Shown piece by piece: positions 43,632 through 53,088 of a stretch of DNA of 64,000 bases. Both the position numbers and the translations under genes were made by a program. The first letter of the stretch is position 1, and each line of letters begins with the position of its first letter. The stretch comes from a virus: IMG/VR virus record IMGVR_UViG_3300035698_012408; one strand, given 5' to 3'. Below the pieces are notes generated by a model. It was not told where the DNA came from. It saw only the letters and a program-made list of their open reading frames with translations, and searched no databases.

Positions 43632-45176
43632 TTAGTCAGCTGGGTCGCGAGGAGGTCCGTCCGATTCCCAACCACTCTCTCGCGGAGTCCTGGGCACGTC
43701 CATGTAAGCACGCGGATCGAGCGTTTCACCAGCTGTCGGGCGGCCTATCGCGGGATGTGAGACGACTTCTCCCCAATTCTCCCTACGATTGGACCTACAC
43801 ACGCCGTGGACATCCACATAAGTATCAGGCTCTTGTACAGGTCTTACCGCCGCCCCGCCTACCTCGAACGTGTCAGATCGCACATACTCTGATCCGGCAT
43901 CGGCCATGAGCAGCGACGGGTCGTCAGGGTCCCGGGGTCGCCCGGATCGCGTTGGCCGGTTGCCGTTCTGATCCACGGGATGTTCTTCATCCCGATCGGC
44001 AGCCGCCAACACCGACGGATCGATCCCGCCGGGTCGTTGTGTGACCAGCAACGCCGGATCGACGCCATTTGCTGCCGCATCACGTGCTTCCAGCTGTTGA
44101 GCACGACGCCTCCGGTGCCCCTCCAGTCGATTGTCTTCTGGGGTGCCGCAACCAGGAGGTGGTGTCTCGCCAATGGCCATGCCCGGAGATGGCGTGGGCC
44201 GCATCCTGACCTGCTCGTCGTGCATCCGCTGCATTTCCTCTTCGAGATCCAAGCCGAGTGACGCCGCCCGGCTGCTAGAAGACATGCCAGGAACGTCCAT
44301 CATTAGTGCAGAAGCGCTGTTGGCCGCGGAGAGTGAGGAGGACGAAGAGGCGGAAGAAGACGATGATTCGGCGGTCGGAGGATTAAGCGAAATCATGGCC
44401 AACGCCGCACTTATGTTGAAATTATAGGCATGTGCAACACTCGCGACAGCATCCGTGCCCATTGCCCGGTAGACCGCCCGGGCCGTCCGCACCAGCTGCC
44501 GAGCTTCGCCGCCGTCAACGTGGCCGCGGTCCTCAATGCTATTTGCGAGCCGCTGCGCCATGTCGTACGCCGCGATGGCGGCCGCTAGGTCTTCGCAGAG
44601 TGAGTCAGCCCACTCATCCTCTTCATTGGGTACCGGCGCCGGGGCGTCTGGATCATGCAGGGAGACCCCTGACGAGCGTATATCGAAGATGCCCTGTTGA
44701 TGCAACGCCTCGTCGGCCTCAACAACCGCAGGTATGGTGGGAGCGGTGCTAGGTTGTGTTCCAGGCTCGTCGAGGTCAATCACACGCTCCTGCCGACCCG
44801 TGTCAGCCACCACAGCGTGAGATAGCCGTATCTCGTCCATCCACAGATGATACCCCTCGAATTCCAGCTCGGTCAAGAGGAGACTAGGGTATGTGTCAGG
44901 CCGCTGCCCGTGAAGCCGTGTGAATATCCCAGAAGCTGCTATGTAGGCCAGTCTCGCCGAGTCCTCTTCGTAGAAGTCACAAAGCGTGACGGTTTGTGCC
45001 CTCCTTAACATTATCGGGTCCGTGGGCTGCGGACCTGATGGTTGCGATCGCGCCACCAGCGACCACGGCGGCGTCCTTGCATCGTCCGTCTGCTTCACGT
45101 GCTCGACCAACTGGATGCTCGTCAGATTGTCATAACTGACAGTGCTGTCCCGCCTGACCACAATGAATGGGTTCAT
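43632..45176 (-). CDS. hypothetical protein with a Ser-rich low-complexity centre
   Basis: ATG ORF of 514 aa. Confidence 0.45.
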   Translation of the reverse strand: MNPFIVVRRDSTVSYDNLTSIQLVEHVKQTDDARTPPWSLVARSQPSGPQPTDPIMLRRAQTVTLCDFYEEDSARLAYIAASGIFTRLHGQRPDTYPSLLLTELEFEGYHLWMDEIRLSHAVVADTGRQERVIDLDEPGTQPSTAPTIPAVVEADEALHQQGIFDIRSSGVSLHDPDAPAPVPNEEDEWADSLCEDLAAAIAAYDMAQRLANSIEDRGHVDGGEARQLVRTARAVYRAMGTDAVASVAHAYNFNISAALAMISLNPPTAESSSSSASSSSSLSAANSASALMMDVPGMSSSSRAASLGLDLEEEMQRMHDEQVRMRPTPSPGMAIGETPPPGCGTPEDNRLEGHRRRRAQQLEARDAAANGVDPALLVTQRPGGIDPSVLAAADRDEEHPVDQNGNRPTRSGRPRDPDDPSLLMADAGSEYVRSDTFEVGGAAVRPVQEPDTYVDVHGVCRSNRRENWGEVVSHPAIGRPTAGETLDPRAYMDVPRTPRESGWESDGPPRDPAD

Positions 45177-45177
45177 G

Positions 45178-45828
45178 TTAGAACTCCGTCTTGATAACTC
45201 GCCTGAACCTCTTGTTCTTGTTGCAGGCCGCTCGAACGTCCAGCAGCACCTGCTTCAGAGGCTGATTTCCATCCACGACCGGATAACCTAAGTTCTCAGC
45301 AGCCTCCAGGTAGGCCTCGCGAAGCCGCGTCCGCCACTCAAGGTCTCGAACCTCGAATCGATCGAGCGGCATCCCGCCACGCCCATCTGTATTACGCTTG
45401 CGGTGGATTCCCGTCTCCGGGTCGACGTCCAACACGATGTAGACGTCGGGATTGACGCCAACGAGCCTGTCGTGCAGCCACCGAATGAGGCTTTTGTCCG
45501 CGTACTCAAGCATACCCTGGTACACATAAGTTGACAAGACCCAGCGGTCTGCGACCACGTCACCACCGTCATGCAGATGCGCGATGATCCCTGGGGTAAG
45601 CGAGTGACGTGCTGTCGTGTAGAGCAGAACCTGCTCTGTCGGTGTAAGATCAAGGTCTTGATCTAAGATAATCGGCCGTAGCCGTTTTCCGAGCTCTGAT
45701 GTCCCGGGGTCATGTACCAGTTCGACACGAGGCCGCTGGTAAGCTGTCAGACGACGCTTGAGCGCCTCTGCCACAGTTGTTTTGCCGCATCCGTCGATTC
45801 CTTCCACACAAATAAACAAACCACGCAT
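45178..45828 (-). CDS. tmk: thymidylate kinase
   Basis: P-loop FICVEGIDGCGKTT, the DRW(V)LSTYVYQG region, and LID-like RKRNTDGRGG. SD GGAGGA. Confidence 0.85.
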   Translation of the reverse strand: MRGLFICVEGIDGCGKTTVAEALKRRLTAYQRPRVELVHDPGTSELGKRLRPIILDQDLDLTPTEQVLLYTTARHSLTPGIIAHLHDGGDVVADRWVLSTYVYQGMLEYADKSLIRWLHDRLVGVNPDVYIVLDVDPETGIHRKRNTDGRGGMPLDRFEVRDLEWRTRLREAYLEAAENLGYPVVDGNQPLKQVLLDVRAACNKNKRFRRVIKTEF

Positions 45829-45865
45829 TGGATCGATCCTCCATTTCCAATCCCCCCTTGACTAA

Positions 45866-45914
45866 TCAAACAAAAAGCAATCGGCTGACACCAATCCCTT
45901 GGCAGTCAGCCGAT
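45866..45914 (-). terminator. rho-independent terminator
   Basis: Perfect 11-bp stem aatcggctgac/gtcagccgatt with an inner ccaa/ttgg extension, followed on the minus strand by gcUUUUUgUUUg. Confidence 0.8.
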
Positions 45915-45989
45915 TACGCCACTCATTGGCAAAGAGCCGGTAGCATCATGCTACCTTCGTCAGTCCCTTGACGGAGTCCTCCCAGCCAG

Positions 45990-46448
45990 TCAGGCCGGCA
46001 GTGTCGATGGAGGCTGCGTGGCAGGGTCATCCCCAGCACACTCAGGCGCCTCCGATTTATCACTCTCCTCCACAGCACACGGCTGCGAAGCGTCGCAATG
46101 ATCACATTCATCATCGCACGTGTCGAGTGGCGGGTCTTCCGTACCTTCTTCCGCCTTGTCGCAGCTGCACGCCGTCTCGGGCAGCGAGTTAATCGCATCA
46201 GCTGCGGCGGGTGTCGCAACCTCGGCCGGTGGTGCTGGGGAGCTCAGAGGGGGTGCCGGGTTTTCCGCCATCGCTTCTACCCGGAGAATTGCCCGGTGCT
46301 CCTGCCCGTCCGCGTCCCGCACTGTCAGTTTGATGTGATCACCACAACCTGAGGCCGCTACGATATGCGAGCCATCAGGTTGACTGACCCCGGCGATGAT
46401 ACCCTCCGCAATTGATAAATTGGTGAGGGCGATAAACAATCCTTGCAT
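45990..46448 (-). CDS. hypothetical protein with an acidic Cys-containing C-terminus
   Basis: ATG 46448 after AAGGAG, with a TAATG overlap to the upstream stop. Confidence 0.45.
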   Translation of the reverse strand: MQGLFIALTNLSIAEGIIAGVSQPDGSHIVAASGCGDHIKLTVRDADGQEHRAILRVEAMAENPAPPLSSPAPPAEVATPAAADAINSLPETACSCDKAEEGTEDPPLDTCDDECDHCDASQPCAVEESDKSEAPECAGDDPATQPPSTLPA

Positions 46449-46945
46449 TAACCTACTCCTTGTGTACAAATAACCTTGGCCACGTCGTGAAAATAGATGA
46501 GCGCCTTGGCACCGTCACTGAGCGTGAGGTACACTCCCTGCTCTTCATGGGGCTGGCCGGGGCCTTGATAGATGCCGTCCCAATGATTGTTGGCACGATC
46601 CGTCGTGCGGTAACGTAATCCCACTACCATGTTAGATATTGAGATAATCCGCTGGTCATGCGGAGGTGAGTCGTCGCCGCGAACTCGGAAAGAAATGAGT
46701 TCGCCGGCGTCGAACATCGCTTCGATGAGCGGTTCGCCCTTGTCTAAAAGGCCGTTTACCAAACCGAGCGAACCAACCGCAAAGTCTACTGATGGGTTGT
46801 CTACGATGGGTACCACGATAATGGTCTCGTGCTGAGCCAGCTGCTCATTGCACCCATGCCTCGCCTCGATAAGCCGCTGCATCGCTTGCCAGTCACGACG
46901 CACTGCGTCATTTAGTATCTCCACAACTTTCGATGCTTTGACCAT
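46448..46945 (-). CDS. hypothetical protein
   Basis: ATG ORF in the array. Confidence 0.45.
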   Translation of the reverse strand: MVKASKVVEILNDAVRRDWQAMQRLIEARHGCNEQLAQHETIIVVPIVDNPSVDFAVGSLGLVNGLLDKGEPLIEAMFDAGELISFRVRGDDSPPHDQRIISISNMVVGLRYRTTDRANNHWDGIYQGPGQPHEEQGVYLTLSDGAKALIYFHDVAKVICTQGVG

Positions 46946-47276
46946 CGGGCGTATCCCCCTGCTTGCTGGCGTGTGTATCCCTGGCTGCTTCAGCCCTGTG
47001 ATGAACGGCTGCTCTTCGTGACGCCGCTTCCGTTGTGGCCTGGGTGTAGAGTTCCTCAGTCCCTAAGGTCTGAAGATGTTCGGCGATGGCCTTCGATTGC
47101 TTGTTTAAGATAGCAATCGTCGCCGGTCCTTCTTCGGAGACAGAAATGATGTTGTCTTTGTCGACCTCTTGAGGCTCGATCATAAGACTTGCTACGGTAC
47201 CATCCGAGTACATGACACGTGCCAGAAGACTGACCGTGGCCACTTTAGGTTTGGTATTTACTGCTGATTCAGCCAT
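46908..47276 (-). CDS. hypothetical protein
   Basis: ATG after GGAGAGGA. Confidence 0.45.
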   Translation of the reverse strand: MAESAVNTKPKVATVSLLARVMYSDGTVASLMIEPQEVDKDNIISVSEEGPATIAILNKQSKAIAEHLQTLGTEELYTQATTEAASRRAAVHHRAEAARDTHASKQGDTPDGQSIESCGDTK

Positions 47277-47321
47277 TCATTCCTCTCCGTTTGATACTTA
47301 GATATTACATGCAGCAGGTGT

Positions 47322-48443
47322 CTACGTCAATAGTTCTTCGGCAGCTTTCTGTAATTCCTCCGCTAAAACTGCTCGAACCGTCGTAAAATCCCTGACGCCG
47401 GTGCCATAGGTCGTCATACCGGCGATGAAACGATCGAGGACAAACGCCACGTCACCGCCGTAGCTATTCATCAGCTCCCGTGTGGCCAGCGTGAACTCAT
47501 ATTGGGCGCTATGCTGCGATTGCTCCACTGAACTGGCAGCTGCCCGCTGTAATGCTCTTGCCGACTCTTCGTTGATACCGTGCAACGCTGTCAGTGCGGC
47601 CATGCCATTATCCGAGGTGGCATCCACAGGGCGTCCCAACCGTGGAACCTCCGGTGACACCTCCGGTGACAGCCCCAACGCCTCCAGCAGCGATCGGGAT
47701 GATGCAGCTTGACCCGCCTGGGCGTCATTTATCAGACTCCTAACCTCTGCGGCTGCTTCTGCCTGTCGCTCGGTGTCTGGTGACGCCTGTAAAGCGCCAA
47801 CCCAATTGTCCGCAAAGTTGAGGGCTGCGTCTGACCCGGGGATGTTTGAACGCCGCAAGAGCTCAAACACCCGACCGTGGGAGTTGGGTGGTGCGAAGTT
47901 GCGAGCCTCTCTCGCCCTTGCCGCCTGCCGCACAGTCTTCGCTGCCGCATTTAGAGATGGTTCATGGCCACGCAGCACCTGAACGATAACATCCTGCGCC
48001 ACCTCGTGATCCTGCAACCCTGCCACCAACTCCGCTGCCTCTTCATACCTCGCTTCACGGCGTTCCGTCTCCAACCGGTGTGTTACCACCGCACGTTCCG
48101 CGGCCTCCCGCTCACGCACTATGTTATTGGCTACACGCTCCTCTTCTCGCTGTCTCGCCAAGGTCACGTACGCTTCCACCGTCTCCACAACGTGCAGCAT
48201 CGTGGGCGGGTTGCCGCGTCTCGGCATTATATGCCCTTGAAGACGAAACTCTTCAATATTGGCAATGGCGTCAGCTAGTCGCGCACCAATATATTCGTTG
48301 GCCATGTGGTCATCGTTAATATCGGCCCACGGCAGCTCCGCCAAAAATGCCTCGGCCTGAGCCTCCGACGTTACGTCTGAAAGCTCAACCCGAAACATGA
48401 TTTGACGCTCTGCGCGGTCATTATCATCACTGTTGTGGCTCAT
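47322..48443 (-). CDS. hypothetical helical protein
   Basis: ATG ORF of 373 aa. Confidence 0.45.
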   Translation of the reverse strand: MSHNSDDNDRAERQIMFRVELSDVTSEAQAEAFLAELPWADINDDHMANEYIGARLADAIANIEEFRLQGHIMPRRGNPPTMLHVVETVEAYVTLARQREEERVANNIVREREAAERAVVTHRLETERREARYEEAAELVAGLQDHEVAQDVIVQVLRGHEPSLNAAAKTVRQAARAREARNFAPPNSHGRVFELLRRSNIPGSDAALNFADNWVGALQASPDTERQAEAAAEVRSLINDAQAGQAASSRSLLEALGLSPEVSPEVPRLGRPVDATSDNGMAALTALHGINEESARALQRAAASSVEQSQHSAQYEFTLATRELMNSYGGDVAFVLDRFIAGMTTYGTGVRDFTTVRAVLAEELQKAAEELLT

Positions 48444-48807
48444 TCATCCCCCAGGTTGGAGTCGCCACCGTGCTGCCCTTGCCGCCGCGTGGTCGCTTGT
48501 CTGGCGTAACCGCCATACTGCCGTCGTTGCCGCCCACGCCCGACATGCCCGTGTCAACGTCACAGAACGTCAACGCCGTCCCATCCTGGAACCGCAGGCC
48601 GAGGTTACTGCCGAGGAAATCCAACGCGATCGGCGCGTTCTCGGTAAACAGCTCACGAGCCTTCGCGATGAAGTCGCTAGCCATCAGGATCTGCCCTGGC
48701 TTCTCTTCAGCCAGCTTCTTCATGACAAAATCAAACACGTCGCTGTACACGCCTTCCGTCGCCGGTGCGTTGATAGGGATGCCAGCGTCTGTGGGGTCAA
48801 TACTCAT
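48427..48807 (-). CDS. hypothetical protein
   Basis: ATG 48807 lies 5 nt after AAGGAGG. Confidence 0.45.
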   Translation of the reverse strand: MSIDPTDAGIPINAPATEGVYSDVFDFVMKKLAEEKPGQILMASDFIAKARELFTENAPIALDFLGSNLGLRFQDGTALTFCDVDTGMSGVGGNDGSMAVTPDKRPRGGKGSTVATPTWGMNEPQQ

Positions 48808-49153
48808 CAGAACCTCCTTCAATTACAATGGGTCGCAAAACTTTATGGTACTCGAAACCGTCCAGCTCCTGCTGGATAACGGCATGCACCACATCAATGT
48901 CTGCGTTCGTGCTGCGATCCTTCACGTTCAAGCGAAAGACGCCGGGTGAGTCACAGACCACGGAAACCTCTTCCACGTATTTCCCTACATTATGCGTCAT
49001 GTCCACGCTACGCACTGCACGAATGATGGCCCGTGCCATCTCCGTAATTGCCCTGGTAGCTACGACGTCACGCCCTGCTGCAATATTATTCATCGCATGC
49101 GCTGTGTCTTCGTCAGATGGCCCATCTACTTCTGGATCATACTCTTCGCTCAT
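48797..49153 (-). CDS. hypothetical protein
   Basis: ATG after GAGGTGG, with an ATGA overlap. Confidence 0.45.
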   Translation of the reverse strand: MSEEYDPEVDGPSDEDTAHAMNNIAAGRDVVATRAITEMARAIIRAVRSVDMTHNVGKYVEEVSVVCDSPGVFRLNVKDRSTNADIDVVHAVIQQELDGFEYHKVLRPIVIEGGSDEY

Positions 49154-50202
49154 TTTTCCACCTCAATATCATCTAACTGAATAACGCGATGCTCACGCTC
49201 CACCGGCAATTTGCTGTCTCGTATACTTATCTCGCCATGTGGCTCGGGATCGAAGAACAGCTCCGCCCCGTTATGCACTACCAACCATCTAATCAGCATG
49301 GTGCCAGGGTCCATGCTCTGCACCAACACGAGCTGATCAGAAATCGGGTAACGCATGCGAACGCTGTATCGTTTATCCGTCACACTGGCAGCTTGTGCGA
49401 AGTTCATCGTGAAGTCGAACTCGCCCAGCGACACTGGCTCATCGTGCAGCCGCATGACAGCAGTGTGTAACGCCTGTAGCACGCATTGGAGCCCAAAATC
49501 GTGTGTCTGCATATTCTGCTGCTGCGCGAACAACACCGTTGACGTAAATGCCGCCTTGGTACTGCTTGGCAACCGCATCCCGTGCGTCTCATGCCCTCTC
49601 GCGAAGTTGGCGGTATTGCCTGACCAATGTCTTGGGATATTACTACGCAACTGGGACGGGTCCATGCCGGTCATGCCGGTAGGTCCGTACCCGGAAGGTC
49701 CGTACCCGGAAGCACCCATAGGGCGATCGTAACCTGAACCACCAGCAGCCGCACCCGGGGAATCAGTACCAGACGAACTATCTCCATGCTCAAATGACCA
49801 GTCCTCAGCATCGGAGTCAAGGTGGTGTGGTCTAGCCTCTTCCGCAGCAGGCACACCGACAGGCCCAGGCTCGCCTACCTCGCCGGTCGGACAGCCTTCA
49901 GGTCCCGAGGGCTCACCCGCTGCCCTGTCGCGTAACGCGTCCACCGTTGCACTCACCGCGTCGTTGATTTCCGTCATTTGTGACTCCACACCTGTCATCC
50001 TATCCGCTAACTCATCCGACCTCTGATGCCGCTGCCGCTGCTCCTCTCGTAAATTATCTACCTCTCGCGATCGCGTCTCTATATCTGCCAAATCTGCCAA
50101 CGCCGCATGACTACGCCGTCGCTGTATGCGTATCCGCAACCAGTGATACACGATGAATGCACCGATTACCCATAGACACAGTAAAAATGACGTCAAACTC
50201 AC
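49150..50202 (-). CDS. N-terminally anchored membrane protein with a coiled coil and a Gly/Tyr/Pro-rich linker
   Basis: GTG start. TM helix SFLLCLWVIGAFIVYHWL. It is the first gene after the tubulin terminator. Confidence 0.45.
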   Translation of the reverse strand: MSLTSFLLCLWVIGAFIVYHWLRIRIQRRRSHAALADLADIETRSREVDNLREEQRQRHQRSDELADRMTGVESQMTEINDAVSATVDALRDRAAGEPSGPEGCPTGEVGEPGPVGVPAAEEARPHHLDSDAEDWSFEHGDSSSGTDSPGAAAGGSGYDRPMGASGYGPSGYGPTGMTGMDPSQLRSNIPRHWSGNTANFARGHETHGMRLPSSTKAAFTSTVLFAQQQNMQTHDFGLQCVLQALHTAVMRLHDEPVSLGEFDFTMNFAQAASVTDKRYSVRMRYPISDQLVLVQSMDPGTMLIRWLVVHNGAELFFDPEPHGEISIRDSKLPVEREHRVIQLDDIEVEK

Positions 50203-50220
50203 TACATTCTCCCGCTACAC

Positions 50221-50258
50221 GAAAAAAGGCGGCCGGGCGCTAAGCCTCAGCCGCCTTT
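50221..50258 (-). terminator. rho-independent terminator after the tubulin-like gene
   Basis: 9-bp stem aaaggcggc/gccgccuuu followed by U6 on the minus strand. Confidence 0.8.
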
Positions 50259-50291
50259 CCCTGGCGTCCGATTCATGTTTGATTATCTGAA

Positions 50292-51455
50292 TTATACACC
50301 AAGGAAGTCTGCGACGCTATCCCGGGTCTCCCCGGCTTTCACCGCAAGCTCCTGAAGACGTTCCAACGGCATCGGCAAGTTCCCCACCATTGCGAGAATC
50401 TTGATGCCGTCGCCCCCGCTGGCCGGGTAGACGCCTGGGAACACTGCGGAATCGGCCGGAGTAAGGATACGATTCATCATCTCGGTGCCGTGGTCCAGCA
50501 CGCCAACCGTGATAGGCTCCGGCCCGGACCAAGCTGCGCCACTCACGACGTAGATGAGCCCGGCGACGTTGCCCTGGGTGAGATCGATCGTAGCCAACAC
50601 ATTCCGGCGAAGCTGATCACGGATGGGCGTACTGACGTCGCTCGGCTCCGCCCACTTCGTGATATTGCAAGCTGCAAAGGCCACAATTCCACTGTCCATG
50701 ATCTTGCTGAAATCGGCCGGATCGAATGTCGTACCACCCACATCCTCGCTCTCCGTGCCGGCGAGCCGGTTGAAGGTATGGAGGATCTGAGCCGTACTCT
50801 GGTTAGATGCCGGTTTCTCTTGTGGTACTGGCACCTTGGCACCATAGAGCGTTTTGAACTTCTCGTTGTCGATGAAGATCACAGGGCTCACCTTGAGCTT
50901 GTTCAGCACCTTCGCCGAGTGGAGAATGTTCTTTGCGCTACGCTGGCCTTCGGAGTCCTTTGGCATGGCCATGATGACACCAACACGCGGAGGTCGCTTC
51001 TTCTCCTGCATGTAGCGCTTGGCTACCTGGACCACCTTAGCGAACGCCCCGGCACCCGTACCGCCCGCCCCAGAGAGGCAGACAAACACGTAATCCGGGT
51101 CCTCGCCCCAGCAGCGCTGGAAGAGATCATAGAGATCCTCGTCCTTATCCGCTACCAGTCGAGCCGCCGTGTGCGGATCTTTACCTGCACCCCGCGCCTG
51201 CCCCACATCGAGCTTGGCGGTGTCCGGGAACGTCTTCAGCTCGGCCAAGTCGGCAATCGCCGTGTTGACCGCACAGACTCGGGTGTACCCGATTTCCTGA
51301 AACGTCTTGGCTATCCGCCCGCCAGCTTGTCCGACACCCACAAACGCGAATTTGTAAGCTACCGGATGATCAAACTTGTCGGCGATAGTCATCCCCGTAG
51401 GGCTCTCAGGAACCTCTGGTAGGTCCCCAATGTTGAGATGGATGTCATCACTCAT
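50292..51455 (-). CDS. tubulin/FtsZ-superfamily GTPase, TubZ/PhuZ-like
   Basis: T1 loop FVGVGQAGGRIA. T4 loop SGAGGTGAG matches the tubulin signature [SAG]GGTG[SA]G. AVNTA, GAGKDP and VIFIDNE are collinear with the TubZ segments AVNFA, GAARTP and VIVNDN. Confidence 0.75.
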   Translation of the reverse strand: MSDDIHLNIGDLPEVPESPTGMTIADKFDHPVAYKFAFVGVGQAGGRIAKTFQEIGYTRVCAVNTAIADLAELKTFPDTAKLDVGQARGAGKDPHTAARLVADKDEDLYDLFQRCWGEDPDYVFVCLSGAGGTGAGAFAKVVQVAKRYMQEKKRPPRVGVIMAMPKDSEGQRSAKNILHSAKVLNKLKVSPVIFIDNEKFKTLYGAKVPVPQEKPASNQSTAQILHTFNRLAGTESEDVGGTTFDPADFSKIMDSGIVAFAACNITKWAEPSDVSTPIRDQLRRNVLATIDLTQGNVAGLIYVVSGAAWSGPEPITVGVLDHGTEMMNRILTPADSAVFPGVYPASGGDGIKILAMVGNLPMPLERLQELAVKAGETRDSVADFLGV

Positions 51456-51475
51456 AATATCACTGGACTCCCTGG

Positions 51476-52018
51476 TTACTCCGGGACCGATGCGATCTGG
51501 GTAAGGTCAAACCCGTCGTCCTCGGCACCAGCATTTTCATCCTGAACGTCGTCGGCTGCCATCTTGTTGAGCTCTACGACGACCTCATTGTACAGAGGCA
51601 GATTCGCCGATTGCAGCTCGACCAGAGCTGTATTGTAATCATCCGCACCCATTGATGCAAGGCTTTCCGCCGTGACGCGAGCCTGCGAAGGCCTCTCCGA
51701 GATGGTGGAATCGCCGAGTTGTAGCTCGGCAGTGCCGGCCTGCGCCGGCGCGGGGTCCTGCGTGGCAGGTCTCGCGACGGTTGCCGCAACCTCGGCCGTC
51801 ACGACCGGATCGATGACAATCGCCGGCTCCGGCAACGGCTCCGGTGTCGGTGACGGTGGAGCAACCACAGCCGCCGCAACAGGCTCCTTGGGAAAATGAT
51901 TCGCGACAGGCAACGCCCTGGGTTTCGCACCCGCGACGCCGACTGGCGTGAAATTCTTCTGTGAAGACGGTGGCGGCTCTCTGTCCCGCAGTCGCTTACG
52001 GTACTTGATTTGACTCAT
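51476..52018 (-). CDS. Pro/Ala-rich, acidic C-terminus protein directly upstream of the tubulin gene
   Basis: ATG after AAGGAG. It is largely low-complexity, with a short structured-looking C-terminal part. Confidence 0.45.
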   Translation of the reverse strand: MSQIKYRKRLRDREPPPSSQKNFTPVGVAGAKPRALPVANHFPKEPVAAAVVAPPSPTPEPLPEPAIVIDPVVTAEVAATVARPATQDPAPAQAGTAELQLGDSTISERPSQARVTAESLASMGADDYNTALVELQSANLPLYNEVVVELNKMAADDVQDENAGAEDDGFDLTQIASVPE

Positions 52019-52032
52019 CGCTAAATCTCCTT

Positions 52033-53085
52033 TTAAGCAAATATCCGTCGAATATTAGACCCAAAGGTCTCACGACGGAGGTGAAGGCCCTTCGACACGC
52101 TTTGCTGCAACGAATACAGCCGCTCCGTGTCTAAGGCGTCATTCCGAAATACATCATCCATGAGAGCATAATCAGGAGCAGCACAAGGCAACCCTATATT
52201 ATTCTTCTCTTCGGACGTGTCAACCAGAATCCCGTGAACACCGTTCACAAACATCTCGGACATCGGCTGACAGTTAAATGTCACAACAGGTGTCCCCATT
52301 GTCACCGATAACAGCCCTACCATACAAGTGCTTTCCCAGTGTGTTGGCCAGAAAGTTACATCATGCTGACGGAAGAGCAGCGGCCGGGACGCTGGATGCA
52401 CCCCCTTATATAATGAAAGTCGACCCGGGAATTGCTTCTTCAATTGCTTCAGTAAGCGCTTCCCAGGCGACGCAATTGTTGACGAATTATAAACCACGCT
52501 GAGCGAGGCTTTCGGACATCCCTCTAAGGCTCGTCCGGCCACTTCCAGGGCTGTCAATTCTACACGCCTCGCCACGCCGTCGTATATCGGCATGAGTATC
52601 TTTGGTGCGGTCGGCTGGTAGTCCTGCGGCTTCTTGCAGATTGGCAAACCCACGTCCCAAGGAACCACAACCACGTTATCCAGTTTCCATTGATAGCCGA
52701 GAAACTGTGCCGCCGCCATCGTTGGCGCGATCACCATGTCAGCTGCCTGTAAGGCTGCCCGGTCAGCTACCCGCGACTCCATGCTCAGCTCATGCCACAG
52801 CACAAAAATACATGTGCGACGCTGCTGTTTCTTCGCATACTTGACTTGCTGCGGGTGCGGGATACTCGTCCACAAGACGATGTCGCACTGTTGCAGCCAC
52901 TTCGTAAATTTAAGGTCACGGCTTCGCCGAACCTGTGCATCCCACTTGTTCGACACGCGACGCGGTGTGTCAGTCATTGTTAATATCGACACGTCATGCC
53001 CATGTGCGACAGCCGAATCCGCAATGCGTAATCCTGCATAAGTCGCTTCATGAAAACAGTAACGGGTACAGATGCCTAGATTCAC
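52033..53085 (-). CDS. GT-B glycosyltransferase (GT1/GT4-like)
   Basis: ESTCMVGLLSVTMGTPVVTFNCQPMSEMFVNGVHGILVD matches the E..lEA.a.G.PVv....E.v..g..G pattern. GTG start. Confidence 0.55.
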   Translation of the reverse strand: MNLGICTRYCFHEATYAGLRIADSAVAHGHDVSILTMTDTPRRVSNKWDAQVRRSRDLKFTKWLQQCDIVLWTSIPHPQQVKYAKKQQRRTCIFVLWHELSMESRVADRAALQAADMVIAPTMAAAQFLGYQWKLDNVVVVPWDVGLPICKKPQDYQPTAPKILMPIYDGVARRVELTALEVAGRALEGCPKASLSVVYNSSTIASPGKRLLKQLKKQFPGRLSLYKGVHPASRPLLFRQHDVTFWPTHWESTCMVGLLSVTMGTPVVTFNCQPMSEMFVNGVHGILVDTSEEKNNIGLPCAAPDYALMDDVFRNDALDTERLYSLQQSVSKGLHLRRETFGSNIRRIFA

Positions 53086-53088
53086 AGC

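Noticed and set aside
34218-47305. Degenerate CTAAG or CTTAG-containing sequences upstream of other genes, considered as extra copies of the 14-mer. Examples are 15336-15350, 34218-34230, 38372-38380, 42009-42017 and 47293-47305.
   Set aside because: Most can be explained by a TAA stop codon followed by an AGG/GGAG Shine-Dalgarno sequence (TAAGGAG-like junctions). Only the exact or one-mismatch 14-mers are counted.
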